Positions 46,179 through 56,306 of a stretch of DNA of 64,000 bases are shown here, piece after piece; position 1 is the first letter of the stretch; each line of letters opens with the position of its first letter. The DNA is taken from NCBI GenBank assembly GCA_963663545.1, contig OY760505.1, positions 1,792,001 through 1,856,000 of the forward strand. The letters are read 5' to 3'. The DNA is from Candidatus Delongbacteria bacterium (GTDB lineage: Bacteria > CAIWAD01). The notes beneath the pieces were generated by a model. The model saw only the letters and a program-made list of their open reading frames with translations. It had not been told where the DNA came from and did no database searches. The position numbers and the translations under genes were made by a program.

Positions 46179-49100
46179 TCACTTGATCAGCAACAATCGT
46201 TCGCTGCGGCTCAGTCCAGCGGCCCGAAGATTGAGCAGATAGAGACCACTTGCCAGACTGCCTGCCTCCAAAACAAGCTCGTGCTGCCCGGCGCTTTGTG
46301 GCTCACGCACCAGCTCCCGCACACAGCGGCCAGTCAGATCATAGAGGCCTAAGATCACGGGTCCGCTCAACGGAAGCGTGTAATACAAACGCGTCATCGG
46401 ATTGAAAGGATTTGGCGCGGCAGCAAGTTCTAGCTCGCGCGGCACAAGTGCGCTTTCTGCGGGAGGTGCAACATCAGCCCAGTCCTCGAGCAACAGCGCA
46501 AGCGCAAAATCCAACCAACGCTCACGGCTGGCCGTGTTTGCCATTCCGGAAAGCGCTTCGAGTCCAAACCCAAACAACACTGCGCCACCCGGGCCGGGCC
46601 CATTGTGCGTACACACGGCAGCCACACTTCCATCCTGGTAGTAGGCCAGCGGCAAATTCCAGGTCGCGCTTAGGCTGCTGGGACTAGTCTGATTGAGCGC
46701 ACCCGAGGCACCGATCAACAATCCACTGATTGGCGCAAAAGTATCCGGTTGACCGTTCAGGTAAACCTGCCCGTTGGATTCGGACTCGATTGAAGTAGAG
46801 AACCACGCGTCGAGCGAATCCTGGGGCCATTGATCCACAGCATCTTGTCCGGTGATACAAACAGCAACCCCGGCGTTAAAAAGCCTACGCAATTGCACTA
46901 GCTCGTCCATGTCGATACCGTTGCCGCTGTCGCCCGTGTACCAGATTAGTGCTCGATACTGCCCTACGTCCACCGTCGACAACTGCGACGCCGTGACACA
47001 ATCGTGCCACGCGCCGAGACTATCCAGCGCAGGTGTGTAATACAAACCGTAGTCATTCTGATCATCGTCATCCACCAACAGGATTTCCGGTAGCCCGACC
47101 AGAACTCGCAAAGGCAGAACAAGATCCTCACCATCCTCCGTGCGAATCGTCAACGACAGCTCTACCGGACCTGGCTCGTTAATGCTGCTGCCGGTCAGGT
47201 GGACATGGCCCGCCTCAAGATGTATTGCCTCTCCGTAGAAACACTCAGCCAGCACAGGCCATTGACCCGAAACCGTGATACGAGGATCTTCCGTCTCCAG
47301 GCTGAACTGCAGATTGCGTCCGTACCCACCTTCGTTGACCAGCTCCAGAACAAGGTCGGCGCACTCGCCACTGACCAGATGACCGTCGCCGTTGCCGCCG
47401 ATCTCGTCATTCAGCGCAAGAGAGTTCAACACGAACACGACTTGGTCCGGCAGCACAACTTCCATTTGGCGGCATAGGATCCATTCGTCGGTATTGAACT
47501 CCAACTCCTCCAGCTGGCCCGGCAGGCGGAAAGCGACCTGGCCGCCCTCCTCGTCGATTGTGACACGATAATCGAAGCTACCCGACGAAGTTGTAACACG
47601 CACCGGAACGGGCATGGAAAAAGTATCCTGCACCTGATGTGTCTGTGTCACGCTGAACGCCACCGTGCAGGAATCAGCATCTTGAAATGTCTGGTATCCA
47701 TATCGATAGGTCGGATAGCCCCCCTGGTAGATCCACTGGTCAAAGAACCACTCCAGGTCCAGACCACTGGCCGCTTCCAGGATGCCGCGATAGTCCTCAC
47801 TGTCAACCGTCAAGTATAGATAGGTGTTGTACCAATCGTGCACAGACTGCCAGAAACTCTCCTCGCCCATCACGTAGCGCAACATGTGTATCACGCTGGC
47901 GGCCTTCTCGTACTGACTCACATTGAACAAGTCGTCAAGCGGTGGATCATAGATTGGCAGGTATTCGCCGTCCCAGCTCAAATAGGTCTGATGGATCTGG
48001 TGCATGTAGTCCAGGAATTCGCCCCAATCTCCGTCTGCCTGATACTGGAAATACAGCGGCTCCGAATAGGTTGCCCAACCCTCATTTAACCAAACGGCAC
48101 GAAAGTCCACCGGCGTCAACGCATCGCCCCACCACTGATGACTCAGCTCGTGGGTTGTTATCGCCTCATACGCCAGCCCACCGGCCACCAGGTTGTTGCC
48201 CATCGTCGTGCAGGTCTGGTGTTCCATGCCACCCCACCCCGTATAAATGGGTGCCTCGGCCATGTAATAGCGCTCAAAGGGATACTCGCCGTATAGTTCC
48301 GTGTAACACGTCAACATATCGCCCAGTCGCGAGAACCCCGCTTGTGCAGCTGCTGCGTGACTCGGATAAACCATCCAACCAATGGGCAGTTCGCCCCAGT
48401 TGGAATCGACAACCGTGTAGTTGGCGGCACACACACTTACCAGGTAACTGCTTATTGGATAGCTGTGACGGTAATGCCAACACTCTGTGCCATCACCCAG
48501 GTCTTCAATCTCAAGCAGGGATCCGTTGCTCAATACTTCGAAATCGCTGCCAACGCGCACCGACACATCCCACAGTGCTTTTTCAAAAGGCTCGTCATAG
48601 CAGGGCGCCCATTGCCTAGTACCCCACGGGTCACTTGCCGTATACGCCACACCGTTGCTGATGGACATGCCCAGATCATTGTCCGTCCACGGCGTTCCTT
48701 CATAGTTCACATAGAGTAGTGCAGTATCACCGGCAGCCACGGTCGCGGGAAGCAATACTTGTAACACATCGTCTTCCAGCGCGAATTCACACGCATCATC
48801 ATCCAGACGAATTTCGTTGCACGTGAGATGCGACAGATGAACCGGCATTGTGGACAAGGCTTCTCGTGCTACAAAGGTCATCCGCATTTCACCGCTGATG
48901 TAGTTTGCGCTGTGCTGGATATAAATCTCCAGCTCATATCGTATAGCATCATAGCTGTGAGTGGAATCTGCGCGCAGCCCTTCCTGATGGACCCTTGTTA
49001 CACGATTGGCACGGCGTAAGAGCTCTCGTTGATGAAAGAGACCCCATTCCGTGGCCGAAACGGACGAAGACGATCCTTTCCGCCCGGGCGCAACCCAGGC

Positions 49101-49301
49101 AGGCGCTTTTGCAGAGGCGGGAAAAAGCTCCTCCTCAACCAGAACCACCGCGCGCGAATTCAACACCATTGTCAGCAACAGCAGCACAAAGACAAGCACT
49201 CTCCACGCCCACCATAGCACGGCCTTTTTCCCGGCCCGACGTTCATACCAGATCATCCCAAGTGTGATCAACAAGCACGCGCCCGCAATCAATCGCCACA
49301 T
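46179..49301 (-). CDS. M1-family aminopeptidase with PNPFNP C-terminal domain
   Basis: W.PC.D.P..KA, SSYLV, GGMEH, HELSHQWWG, WLNEGWATY, YEKAASVIHMLR; PNPFNP tail. Confidence 0.88.
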   Translation of the reverse strand: MWRLIAGACLLITLGMIWYERRAGKKAVLWWAWRVLVFVLLLLTMVLNSRAVVLVEEELFPASAKAPAWVAPGRKGSSSSVSATEWGLFHQRELLRRANRVTRVHQEGLRADSTHSYDAIRYELEIYIQHSANYISGEMRMTFVAREALSTMPVHLSHLTCNEIRLDDDACEFALEDDVLQVLLPATVAAGDTALLYVNYEGTPWTDNDLGMSISNGVAYTASDPWGTRQWAPCYDEPFEKALWDVSVRVGSDFEVLSNGSLLEIEDLGDGTECWHYRHSYPISSYLVSVCAANYTVVDSNWGELPIGWMVYPSHAAAAQAGFSRLGDMLTCYTELYGEYPFERYYMAEAPIYTGWGGMEHQTCTTMGNNLVAGGLAYEAITTHELSHQWWGDALTPVDFRAVWLNEGWATYSEPLYFQYQADGDWGEFLDYMHQIHQTYLSWDGEYLPIYDPPLDDLFNVSQYEKAASVIHMLRYVMGEESFWQSVHDWYNTYLYLTVDSEDYRGILEAASGLDLEWFFDQWIYQGGYPTYRYGYQTFQDADSCTVAFSVTQTHQVQDTFSMPVPVRVTTSSGSFDYRVTIDEEGGQVAFRLPGQLEELEFNTDEWILCRQMEVVLPDQVVFVLNSLALNDEIGGNGDGHLVSGECADLVLELVNEGGYGRNLQFSLETEDPRITVSGQWPVLAECFYGEAIHLEAGHVHLTGSSINEPGPVELSLTIRTEDGEDLVLPLRVLVGLPEILLVDDDDQNDYGLYYTPALDSLGAWHDCVTASQLSTVDVGQYRALIWYTGDSGNGIDMDELVQLRRLFNAGVAVCITGQDAVDQWPQDSLDAWFSTSIESESNGQVYLNGQPDTFAPISGLLIGASGALNQTSPSSLSATWNLPLAYYQDGSVAAVCTHNGPGPGGAVLFGFGLEALSGMANTASRERWLDFALALLLEDWADVAPPAESALVPRELELAAAPNPFNPMTRLYYTLPLSGPVILGLYDLTGRCVRELVREPQSAGQHELVLEAGSLASGLYLLNLRAAGLSRSERLLLIK

Positions 49302-50635
49302 GGTTCCTCTCCTTCCGCTTTCTGGTTCAGAAGATACTGCCGAACCATCGCTTCGGCTTCGATCCGGGTATGCAGTCGATGCTCTAGCTGGGCATCTTCC
49401 AACTCCCGCAGCAAACGACCAACTTCAGGGCCGTGCTCAACACCCATCGACAACAGGTCGCCGCCATTCATCAGCGGCGCGGCATGTAACTCTTCTGCAT
49501 ACCGCGCGAGAAACTCATCTACCCAGCGCAGCAGAAAAGTCGCGCGCCCCGGAAGAAACACCGAAAGACAAGCTAGCGCCAGCTCACGACCAGGGTCACG
49601 CAGAAGACGCTTCTGCATTGCCAAGGAAGCAGTGGGTCCATCGGGCAACTCGCATAGCACACGCAAACCAGCTTCGAGCTCGGTATTTTCATCGTTCGAC
49701 AATCGCAGCGCCCGGCACATGGCGCGTAAGAGTCCAGCCAGCTCTCGCCACTGGCTTGGTCCTAGTTCATCGGCAGACACCCCGCACATGCCCGTCAGGA
49801 GACAAAGCCAGGGTGCAGCCGCAAAGCCATCACCCTCAGGCTGCGCCTTTCGCGCCCAGGCTTCAAGGAGAGCGTACGGTCGCTCTGGAGGTGGAAAATG
49901 GAAGCCCGCCTCCCGGCAGAAGCGTCCAGCCAACACACTTGCAAGCCCTGTTTCAAGCAATAAATCCAGACCACGCCCAACGGCTTGCGCGTGAAAGAGG
50001 CGGTCGAATTCTTCCCGCACACGCTCCATGCTCACTTGGCAAAGCCCCTCGGCTAAACGGCGGCAGGCGGCAAGGGTGTTTTCCTCTACTTCGAAGTCCA
50101 ACTGCGCCGCGAAACGAATAGCACGCAGCATGCGCAGCTTGTCTTCTTCGAAGCGCGCGTCAGGACTGCCGATGGTGCGAATCAAGCCTCGCGCAAGATC
50201 ACTGCGGCCTTCGACCCAATCGTAGACCTTGTCTTCCAGGGGGTCCCAGAACATGCCGTTGATTGTGAAGTCGCGACGCGCTACATCCTCTTTTGCACTG
50301 CAAAAGCGCACGGCATCCGGTCGACGGCCATCTGTATACCCGTGGTCACTGCGAAACGTGGCCACTTCAAAGGTGTGCTGCTCGATCATGACGATCATGA
50401 CGCCAAAATGCTCACCCACAGCCACGGTGCGACGGAAGAGCTGCTTCACTTCGGAGGGCGAGGCCGAAGTAGCAATGTCCAAATCATGCACCTGCCGCCC
50501 CAGCAAGTGATCGCGCACGGCACCTCCAGCCACATAGGCCTCGTGTCCCGCTTCATGCAGACGATGCAGGATGAAGCGCGCGTGCTCATAGAGTAGTGCC
50601 GGTAAAGCGGCCGCGAATTCGGATTGGGTTTGCAT
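49289..50635 (-). CDS. cca: CCA tRNA nucleotidyltransferase / poly(A) polymerase family
   Basis: YVAGGAVRD, DLDIAT, EVATFR, RRDFTING, EDKLRMLRAIRF, VSMERV. Confidence 0.88.
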   Translation of the reverse strand: MQTQSEFAAALPALLYEHARFILHRLHEAGHEAYVAGGAVRDHLLGRQVHDLDIATSASPSEVKQLFRRTVAVGEHFGVMIVMIEQHTFEVATFRSDHGYTDGRRPDAVRFCSAKEDVARRDFTINGMFWDPLEDKVYDWVEGRSDLARGLIRTIGSPDARFEEDKLRMLRAIRFAAQLDFEVEENTLAACRRLAEGLCQVSMERVREEFDRLFHAQAVGRGLDLLLETGLASVLAGRFCREAGFHFPPPERPYALLEAWARKAQPEGDGFAAAPWLCLLTGMCGVSADELGPSQWRELAGLLRAMCRALRLSNDENTELEAGLRVLCELPDGPTASLAMQKRLLRDPGRELALACLSVFLPGRATFLLRWVDEFLARYAEELHAAPLMNGGDLLSMGVEHGPEVGRLLRELEDAQLEHRLHTRIEAEAMVRQYLLNQKAEGEEPCGD

Positions 50636-50871
50636 CTATATATAAATGTAAAGAAGCGTCGTCTGCTTCGCAGGAAGAAGGAAGCTCTTGCAGCAAGCGT
50701 CCGCTCTCTGTACATGAGGATTTCAACATGGCCGGAGAATCGCGGTCAATTCCTCTCCTATAGCTCAAAGCAGAGTACATAAAATTACACATTCTGCTTC
50801 TGAACTACTTGGTAAAGGAACTGTTTTATCATATCTTGCCCACAATCTCAGAGCAAACAGGACGCTGCAAA

Positions 50872-51663
50872 ATGGAAGAACATGGCACCAGCTCAGCCCT
50901 TGAGCGCCAGGAAATACTCGATAGTTCGTTTCCACAGCAGATGACCCCGTCTCAGACGGCGGTCGTACCCGAACAAGAACGCACTCGCTTCCGCAACGTG
51001 GCAGTAGGCTTTCAGCAAGTCGAGCAAGAGTACGAGCGCCCCCAGGCGCCAACTCTGGGACGGCGAGCGCGTGAACGCGAAGCTCGTCGGCGTGAAATCC
51101 TGCAGGTATCCCGTTCCCTGTTTGCCGGACAAGGCTTCACTGGAACGACAATCGATGAAATTGCCCGGCTGACCGAGTTCGCTAAGCCTACAATTTACCA
51201 GTACTTCAAGAGCAAAGAGGAAATCTTCTACACCATTCTGCAAGAAGGTTACCAAGATCTAAACGGAATACTCAGCAAGGCACTGCAAGCTCGCGCTAGC
51301 GTCGCCCAGCAATTCCGCACGGTCTGTGTGATGTTCCTGATTTACTACCGCAAGCAGATGGATTTCTATCTGATTCAGCGCCAGTTCGCTTCACGCCTGC
51401 AAAAAGAGCAGGACGACAAACTGCATGCCAGCACCCGCCGCCTGCACTTGCAACTGATCACCGGAGTAGAAAGCCTGCTAAATCAAGGCGTTCGCCGCGG
51501 GGAGTTTCGCAATGTGGACTGCCATACTCTCACCATGCTTTTTTTTGAAACTCTAAACGTTTACACAACGGCGTTTCGGGACGGTGGCGAGCTGCGAACA
51601 GCAAACGAGTTGGCTGACGAGATTCTTGCTTTCTTTATGTACGGAATCGAACAGCGCGCATGA
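50872..51663 (+). CDS. TetR/AcrR family transcriptional regulator (start uncertain)
   Basis: LFAGQGFTGTTIDEIA...KPTIYQYFKSKEEI helix-turn-helix; G..RGEFR. Confidence 0.9.
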   Translation: MEEHGTSSALERQEILDSSFPQQMTPSQTAVVPEQERTRFRNVAVGFQQVEQEYERPQAPTLGRRAREREARRREILQVSRSLFAGQGFTGTTIDEIARLTEFAKPTIYQYFKSKEEIFYTILQEGYQDLNGILSKALQARASVAQQFRTVCVMFLIYYRKQMDFYLIQRQFASRLQKEQDDKLHASTRRLHLQLITGVESLLNQGVRRGEFRNVDCHTLTMLFFETLNVYTTAFRDGGELRTANELADEILAFFMYGIEQRA

Positions 51664-51722
51664 AGCGAAGCCAGAACCTCCTGACCGTAGACTGAAACGT
51701 CTGGTAGGAATTGGTTGATCAC

Positions 51723-51758
51723 AAGCCCCTAACCGCTTTGGCGACATAGGGGCTTTTC
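51723..51758 (+). terminator. Terminator after the TetR gene
   Basis: AAGCCCCTA...TAGGGGCTTTTC. Confidence 0.65.
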
Positions 51759-52031
51759 ACGCAGAGTCCTCTCCTTGTCTGCCTTGACCGGAAGTGTCGC
51801 CTCCAATACTCCGAAACTCCCGCAGGTTTCCCCAACGAAGCGAAGTGATGGGTACGAATCACTACCGACGAGTAATCCAACTGAAATTTCAAGCCTTAGC
51901 TAAAGTCGTGGATCGCTTCCCCTTCACGGCAAGACACGATTGCGCCTCACATGGCTTGAGCAAGACCGCCCTTGGGCTGGCGAATCTACACCCTCACAGC
52001 CCCGTGCTACCAGGCAGTTCAAGATGGACAA

Positions 52032-52066
52032 GAAAGAAAAGCCGCGCTGACAAGGTGTCGCGCGGC
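52032..52066 (-). terminator. Terminator after the 52108 gene
   Basis: GCCGCG...CGCGGC stem with TTTTCTTT on the minus strand. Confidence 0.55.
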
Positions 52067-52107
52067 CTGTGGGGATCATTTGCCCTGGAGGACAAATCAA
52101 TCTACTT

Positions 52108-53631
52108 CTAATATCCAGCGTTAATTACAATTCTTGTCGGAAAATCAAAATTAATCCACGTCCCAACAACCTCACCATCAGGGTTCACGCGAAGGACTCG
52201 ATTCCGTTCTGTATCCAGAATCCAGCAGTACGCATCGAGGCGATTGAAGGCAAGATCCTTCGGGAAAGCCAGTCCATTGACACTTGCCTGCACGTTATCG
52301 TAGAAGACTCGGATCGCACGCGAATCCACCGAACGATCCAGCACCCAGGCCAAGCCATTGGACCACGCTGCCGAAATGGCGACGGGGTTCTGAAATCCGT
52401 AACAAATCAGGCTATCGGTCGCATCGGGCTCGTAGCGCACCAACATACCCGCCTCTTTATCCACAAGCCAGCAGGCGCCAGTGGAGTCCTCAACCGAAAC
52501 GTCGACGGGAAATAGATAGCCGTCGCGACGAGTAACGTATTCCGCGGTGTCCACCTCGGCAACAAAATCGTCGGCGTCCGGGCGGATCTGGTACAGGATA
52601 TTGCTGCCTTCGTCACACACCCACAACATGCCATCACGTTGATAGACGTCCAGAGCATTGGGTCGCGTAAAGCCCTGCCTGCGGCTTAGTGTATGCACTC
52701 CGTTGAAATCCACTTCAACCACTTGCGCACTGTCGGCATCAAGGATGAAGCAGGAACCGGTGCGCGTCCAGCTCTTGATACGCGTCGGCCTGGCAACGGG
52801 CGTTTCCATGACAAATTCCAGGTTGCCTTCAAGATCAAAGGCGTGCAAACGCGATGGAATGCCTTCGCAAACCCAAATCCGGCGGTTTTCCGCATCGATG
52901 TCGATGTCTTGCGGATCTGTAAATCCGCTCAGCCGAAGAAGTTCGTCGCCAATAGCACTTAGCTTGACGACTTCACCCGCGCCGTAGTTGATGATCCAGG
53001 GACAACCAATTTCTGTGTAGATGTTGCCGTATATGGTATCCTGCGAGAAAGCGCCGAATTCGTCCTCTGCGCGAACGGTGACAAAAGCATGAATTGTGGT
53101 ATCGGGCACTGTCCAGTACACTGAATCACCCAGGGTACTGCTCAAGCTGCCGTAGGGCGTGCTCCAATACTGGGTAACTGTATGAGTGTCGGGATCACTG
53201 CTTGTGGCCCAAACGCGCACGGTGTTTCCGTTTAGGATGTTGATTTGCGAAATGCCCGTGCTCTCAAACACCGGGGCCCGGTTGTCCACCCAGAAGTGAT
53301 AGACGAAGGTGTCACTGTTTCCGGCCGGATCATGAACCGTGTAGGTCAGAGTGACATAGCTGGAGCTGTCGGGACTGATCCAGAACAGGCTGTCATATGT
53401 GAAGGAGACCTTTTCTCCGTAGTTGATTTCCCAGCTTCCCGTCAGGCTGTCGCCCTCGGGGTCCTGCACGCGAGCAAGAAAGATTACCTCTTGATGGCTG
53501 GTAATCTCCTCGCTAAGGGAGCTGACATCAAGCACTTCGGGAGCGTGATTGACCACCTCGGTGGGTAGCTTGGCGCACGCGGCCACCAGAATCAGCAGGG
53601 CAAGCAGCCCGTATCTGCGTCTGAGTTTCAT
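52108..53631 (-). CDS. Lipoprotein with two Ig/PKD-like domains and an NHL/YncE-like beta-propeller
   Basis: Lipobox VAAC; NHAP/NRAP...DPEGD/DPD Ig repeats; repeated GF..P..I....G.CWV.D; ATGA overlap with upstream gene. Confidence 0.7.
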   Translation of the reverse strand: MKLRRRYGLLALLILVAACAKLPTEVVNHAPEVLDVSSLSEEITSHQEVIFLARVQDPEGDSLTGSWEINYGEKVSFTYDSLFWISPDSSSYVTLTYTVHDPAGNSDTFVYHFWVDNRAPVFESTGISQINILNGNTVRVWATSSDPDTHTVTQYWSTPYGSLSSTLGDSVYWTVPDTTIHAFVTVRAEDEFGAFSQDTIYGNIYTEIGCPWIINYGAGEVVKLSAIGDELLRLSGFTDPQDIDIDAENRRIWVCEGIPSRLHAFDLEGNLEFVMETPVARPTRIKSWTRTGSCFILDADSAQVVEVDFNGVHTLSRRQGFTRPNALDVYQRDGMLWVCDEGSNILYQIRPDADDFVAEVDTAEYVTRRDGYLFPVDVSVEDSTGACWLVDKEAGMLVRYEPDATDSLICYGFQNPVAISAAWSNGLAWVLDRSVDSRAIRVFYDNVQASVNGLAFPKDLAFNRLDAYCWILDTERNRVLRVNPDGEVVGTWINFDFPTRIVINAGY

Positions 53632-55094
53632 TCTACCACCCACTGCACACTGTACTCGTAGAAGAGTTCGTCCATCAACAGCTTGCCCCATTGTTGGAGA
53701 TTGTCGCGAAGCAAGCGCTGGCGCTCTACGCTGGCAATGCGGTATTCATGCGCGCCGATCCCCTGATTCAGCCAGTGGATATGCCCTTCGCCCTTGGCAA
53801 GACTGGAAACACTGCCGCGATACTCGAAGCGATCCTCTTCCACGTGCAGCAGATTCACCATTACATCCAGCTCGTTCTGCATGCGGCTGCTTTCAAACAC
53901 CAGCGGAATGCGCGCACTGCGCTTGCTGATGGGTTCGTGCCGCAACACGTCGCCCCAAATAACGTACTCGGCCCCTAGCAGATGCCCGACCCGTCGTGCA
54001 TCCTCGCGCGTCAAAGCCTCGTCAGAAGCAATCTCCAACTCGCGCAGCGCTTCTTTGACCCGCCGCTCGTTCACAATCACCAAACTGCTGTCACTTACGA
54101 TTGCGCGTTCGCAGGAGCGTAAAATCTGCTCCGCCACAGGTGTAGTGCCTTCATCAATAAAGGGCAAGACGGCCACCTGCAGCGGTTTGAACTCATATTC
54201 CTTCTCACGCATCTCGCCTTCGCTAAAGGTCTCCAGCTCCGTGGTGACGGGGTTCTTGCGGTCCAACGTCGTCTGAATCACGGGCCGGTAGTGACGATGG
54301 CGCACTTCGATGGGAACGGGCGCCGTGTGTGACCAACTCATGCCGGCATACATGCCAAAACGATCGTAGTACTCAAAGAAGCGCTGTTGCATGCCAAACT
54401 TCAGACCAAAACCCCAAGGCAAATAGAGACGCCCGCCGGCAAAGAATTGGTACTCGACCTCGCGTGTTGTCTGCTGCATCTCCTGGGCAAACTCGGTCTC
54501 GATCATCAGGAAACGCAGAATGTAGTAGCGCAACGCTGCTCCCGTCAGCACATGACGGTTTTGCAGATGTACATCCATCACAAGCCCTGCATGCGCATCC
54601 AGCAGGAAACGGGGACGCGCCGGATCATTGCCTCCGCTGGCAATTTCGACCAGTGCGAGGGTTTCCGCGTGTGTGCGGCCTGTGGAATAGCTTTCAAAGC
54701 CAGAAAGCTCCTCGCGGAATCCGGAAGGAAAACGCACCGTTTCGCGAAGACCGTAGCGCAGCCAGGCGACGCGCTTGCAATGGCGGTACCAGGTTAGCGC
54801 CGCCAGAAAGTCGCCTTGACCAGCCTTGGTTTCCAGACCGTGCACCTCATTGCGAAAGGGAAAGGTGAAGTCGACCTGTAGTCCGGGCAGCAAGCCATAG
54901 CCAAAACCCATTGCCATTTCGGTACGGGAAGTATCAACCTCAACGGCAAAGCTGGTGCCTTGCCCCGTAAAGCTGAACTTCTGGTAATGGAAGTCGTTGA
55001 TGAACAGCGGATCGTTCAACAATCGCTGACGGGCATGCGCGCCAAGAACAACGAGCAGCAGCAGGACAACGGTGATACGTAAACGTGGCAACAT
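53628..55094 (-). CDS. Secreted protein: N-terminal beta-barrel-like region plus C-terminal CsgG/FlgO/TolB-N-like domain
   Basis: Signal peptide; amphipathic beta strands; VAVLPF...ARRVGHLLGAEYVIWGDV. Confidence 0.55.
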   Translation of the reverse strand: MLPRLRITVVLLLLVVLGAHARQRLLNDPLFINDFHYQKFSFTGQGTSFAVEVDTSRTEMAMGFGYGLLPGLQVDFTFPFRNEVHGLETKAGQGDFLAALTWYRHCKRVAWLRYGLRETVRFPSGFREELSGFESYSTGRTHAETLALVEIASGGNDPARPRFLLDAHAGLVMDVHLQNRHVLTGAALRYYILRFLMIETEFAQEMQQTTREVEYQFFAGGRLYLPWGFGLKFGMQQRFFEYYDRFGMYAGMSWSHTAPVPIEVRHRHYRPVIQTTLDRKNPVTTELETFSEGEMREKEYEFKPLQVAVLPFIDEGTTPVAEQILRSCERAIVSDSSLVIVNERRVKEALRELEIASDEALTREDARRVGHLLGAEYVIWGDVLRHEPISKRSARIPLVFESSRMQNELDVMVNLLHVEEDRFEYRGSVSSLAKGEGHIHWLNQGIGAHEYRIASVERQRLLRDNLQQWGKLLMDELFYEYSVQWVVE

Positions 55095-55146
55095 GACTCG
55101 ACCTCTGGAGGGTTATCCCCTGTTGGACAACACACGCGGGCCGAAG

Positions 55147-55162
55147 AGCAAAGACTGTGCCG
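55147..55162 (-). promoter_or_regulatory. Putative sigma-54 (-24/-12) promoter for the 55094-52108 operon
   Basis: Minus strand CGGCACAGTCTTTGCT matches YGGCAC-N5-TTGCW, about 53 bp upstream of ATG 55094. Confidence 0.6.
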
Positions 55163-55325
55163 CTCTCCTCTGTCTCCGCAAAGTGGCTACAGCAGTGGCT
55201 TTATAAACAAGTGTAGAAGTTGGGAAGTCTTGTATTCGGCTTTCGCTGGGCAAGAATGCTCTCATAAGCGGAGGACTCTTCCCGGCTCACAGCCCTAAAA
55301 GAAGCGCCTCGCCGTCCGTGTAGAA

Positions 55326-56207
55326 TCAGGCGTGAGCGCTAAACGGAAAGAGCCCGGGCGTGCAGGGCATCGTAAAGGGGGCCAGACAGTGACAACCTCC
55401 TCCCGCAATCTCATCCCAGCCACTTACTGAAAGTCCCATGCGGTCGGGCATAAAATGGAAGCACACCTGCTCCAGCGTCGGATCCTGCAACCACGGCAGC
55501 CACTCACTGGCCGCAGGCACTCGCTCCGCGGCAATATCCAGGACCTCCAGCCGAGCGCCCTTCCGCCTTGCAAAAACCACTTCGCCACCGGGTAACAGCC
55601 AGGCGCAATCAGCCATGGTGTACAGGCAATGAAACAGGAAGAGCGAAGGCGTTCGGCTGCCCAGAACCTCCGATACGGGTTGACGACGCGGCGCGAGTCG
55701 GCGCAGCAGCTCTAAATCCGCAGCACGGCTCAGATCCAACCGCCGTGCTCCCGGTCGCGGCACTCTGCCAGCGATCGTGCAAATGGGGCGCTGTTCGCTC
55801 ACGGCGACAAATCCCATTTGTTGATAGAAGGGAACAGCCCCTTGATCTGCGAAGAGATAGTATCCGTGCACGTGCGTGCTCAGCTCGCTCATGGCCCTGC
55901 GACTCAGCCAGTCGCCCAAACCGCGACGCCGCCATTCAGGCGCTGTGCCCACACCGGAAAACTGGCCCACGCGCAACTCTCGGCCGCCAACCACCAGGTC
56001 CATAAGAAACACACAAACGGTGGATACAATCCCGCCCGTCTTATCAAAGAGAGAGTAGGGCAGGTAATGCTCCTTGTCCCAGCATCCCGCGTCCTGCCAA
56101 CGCTGCAAATCCAGCTCATGGATGCTCTTCAGGAAGCGCTTGTGAGACGCCCGCGCCTGCTCGTCGTCCCAATAACAGCTGCGAAAATCCAACCCGCTAA
56201 CACGCAT
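55326..56207 (-). CDS. GNAT family N-acetyltransferase
   Basis: VGTAPEWRRRGLG acetyl-CoA motif, AVPFYQQMGF; SD GGAGG. Confidence 0.85.
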   Translation of the reverse strand: MRVSGLDFRSCYWDDEQARASHKRFLKSIHELDLQRWQDAGCWDKEHYLPYSLFDKTGGIVSTVCVFLMDLVVGGRELRVGQFSGVGTAPEWRRRGLGDWLSRRAMSELSTHVHGYYLFADQGAVPFYQQMGFVAVSEQRPICTIAGRVPRPGARRLDLSRAADLELLRRLAPRRQPVSEVLGSRTPSLFLFHCLYTMADCAWLLPGGEVVFARRKGARLEVLDIAAERVPAASEWLPWLQDPTLEQVCFHFMPDRMGLSVSGWDEIAGGGCHCLAPFTMPCTPGLFPFSAHA

Positions 56208-56306
56208 ACGACACCTCCTAAATGCAAACTAGGATTGTGATGCCGGGCACCAAAGACCACACTGACCTCGCTATATTGCGGACGAGTGAAGAGCAAAGGA
56301 GGAGCC

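Noticed and set aside
51794..52111. 105-aa ORF in the TetR-lipoprotein spacer
   Set aside because: No SD, no motifs, and it runs through the opposing terminator
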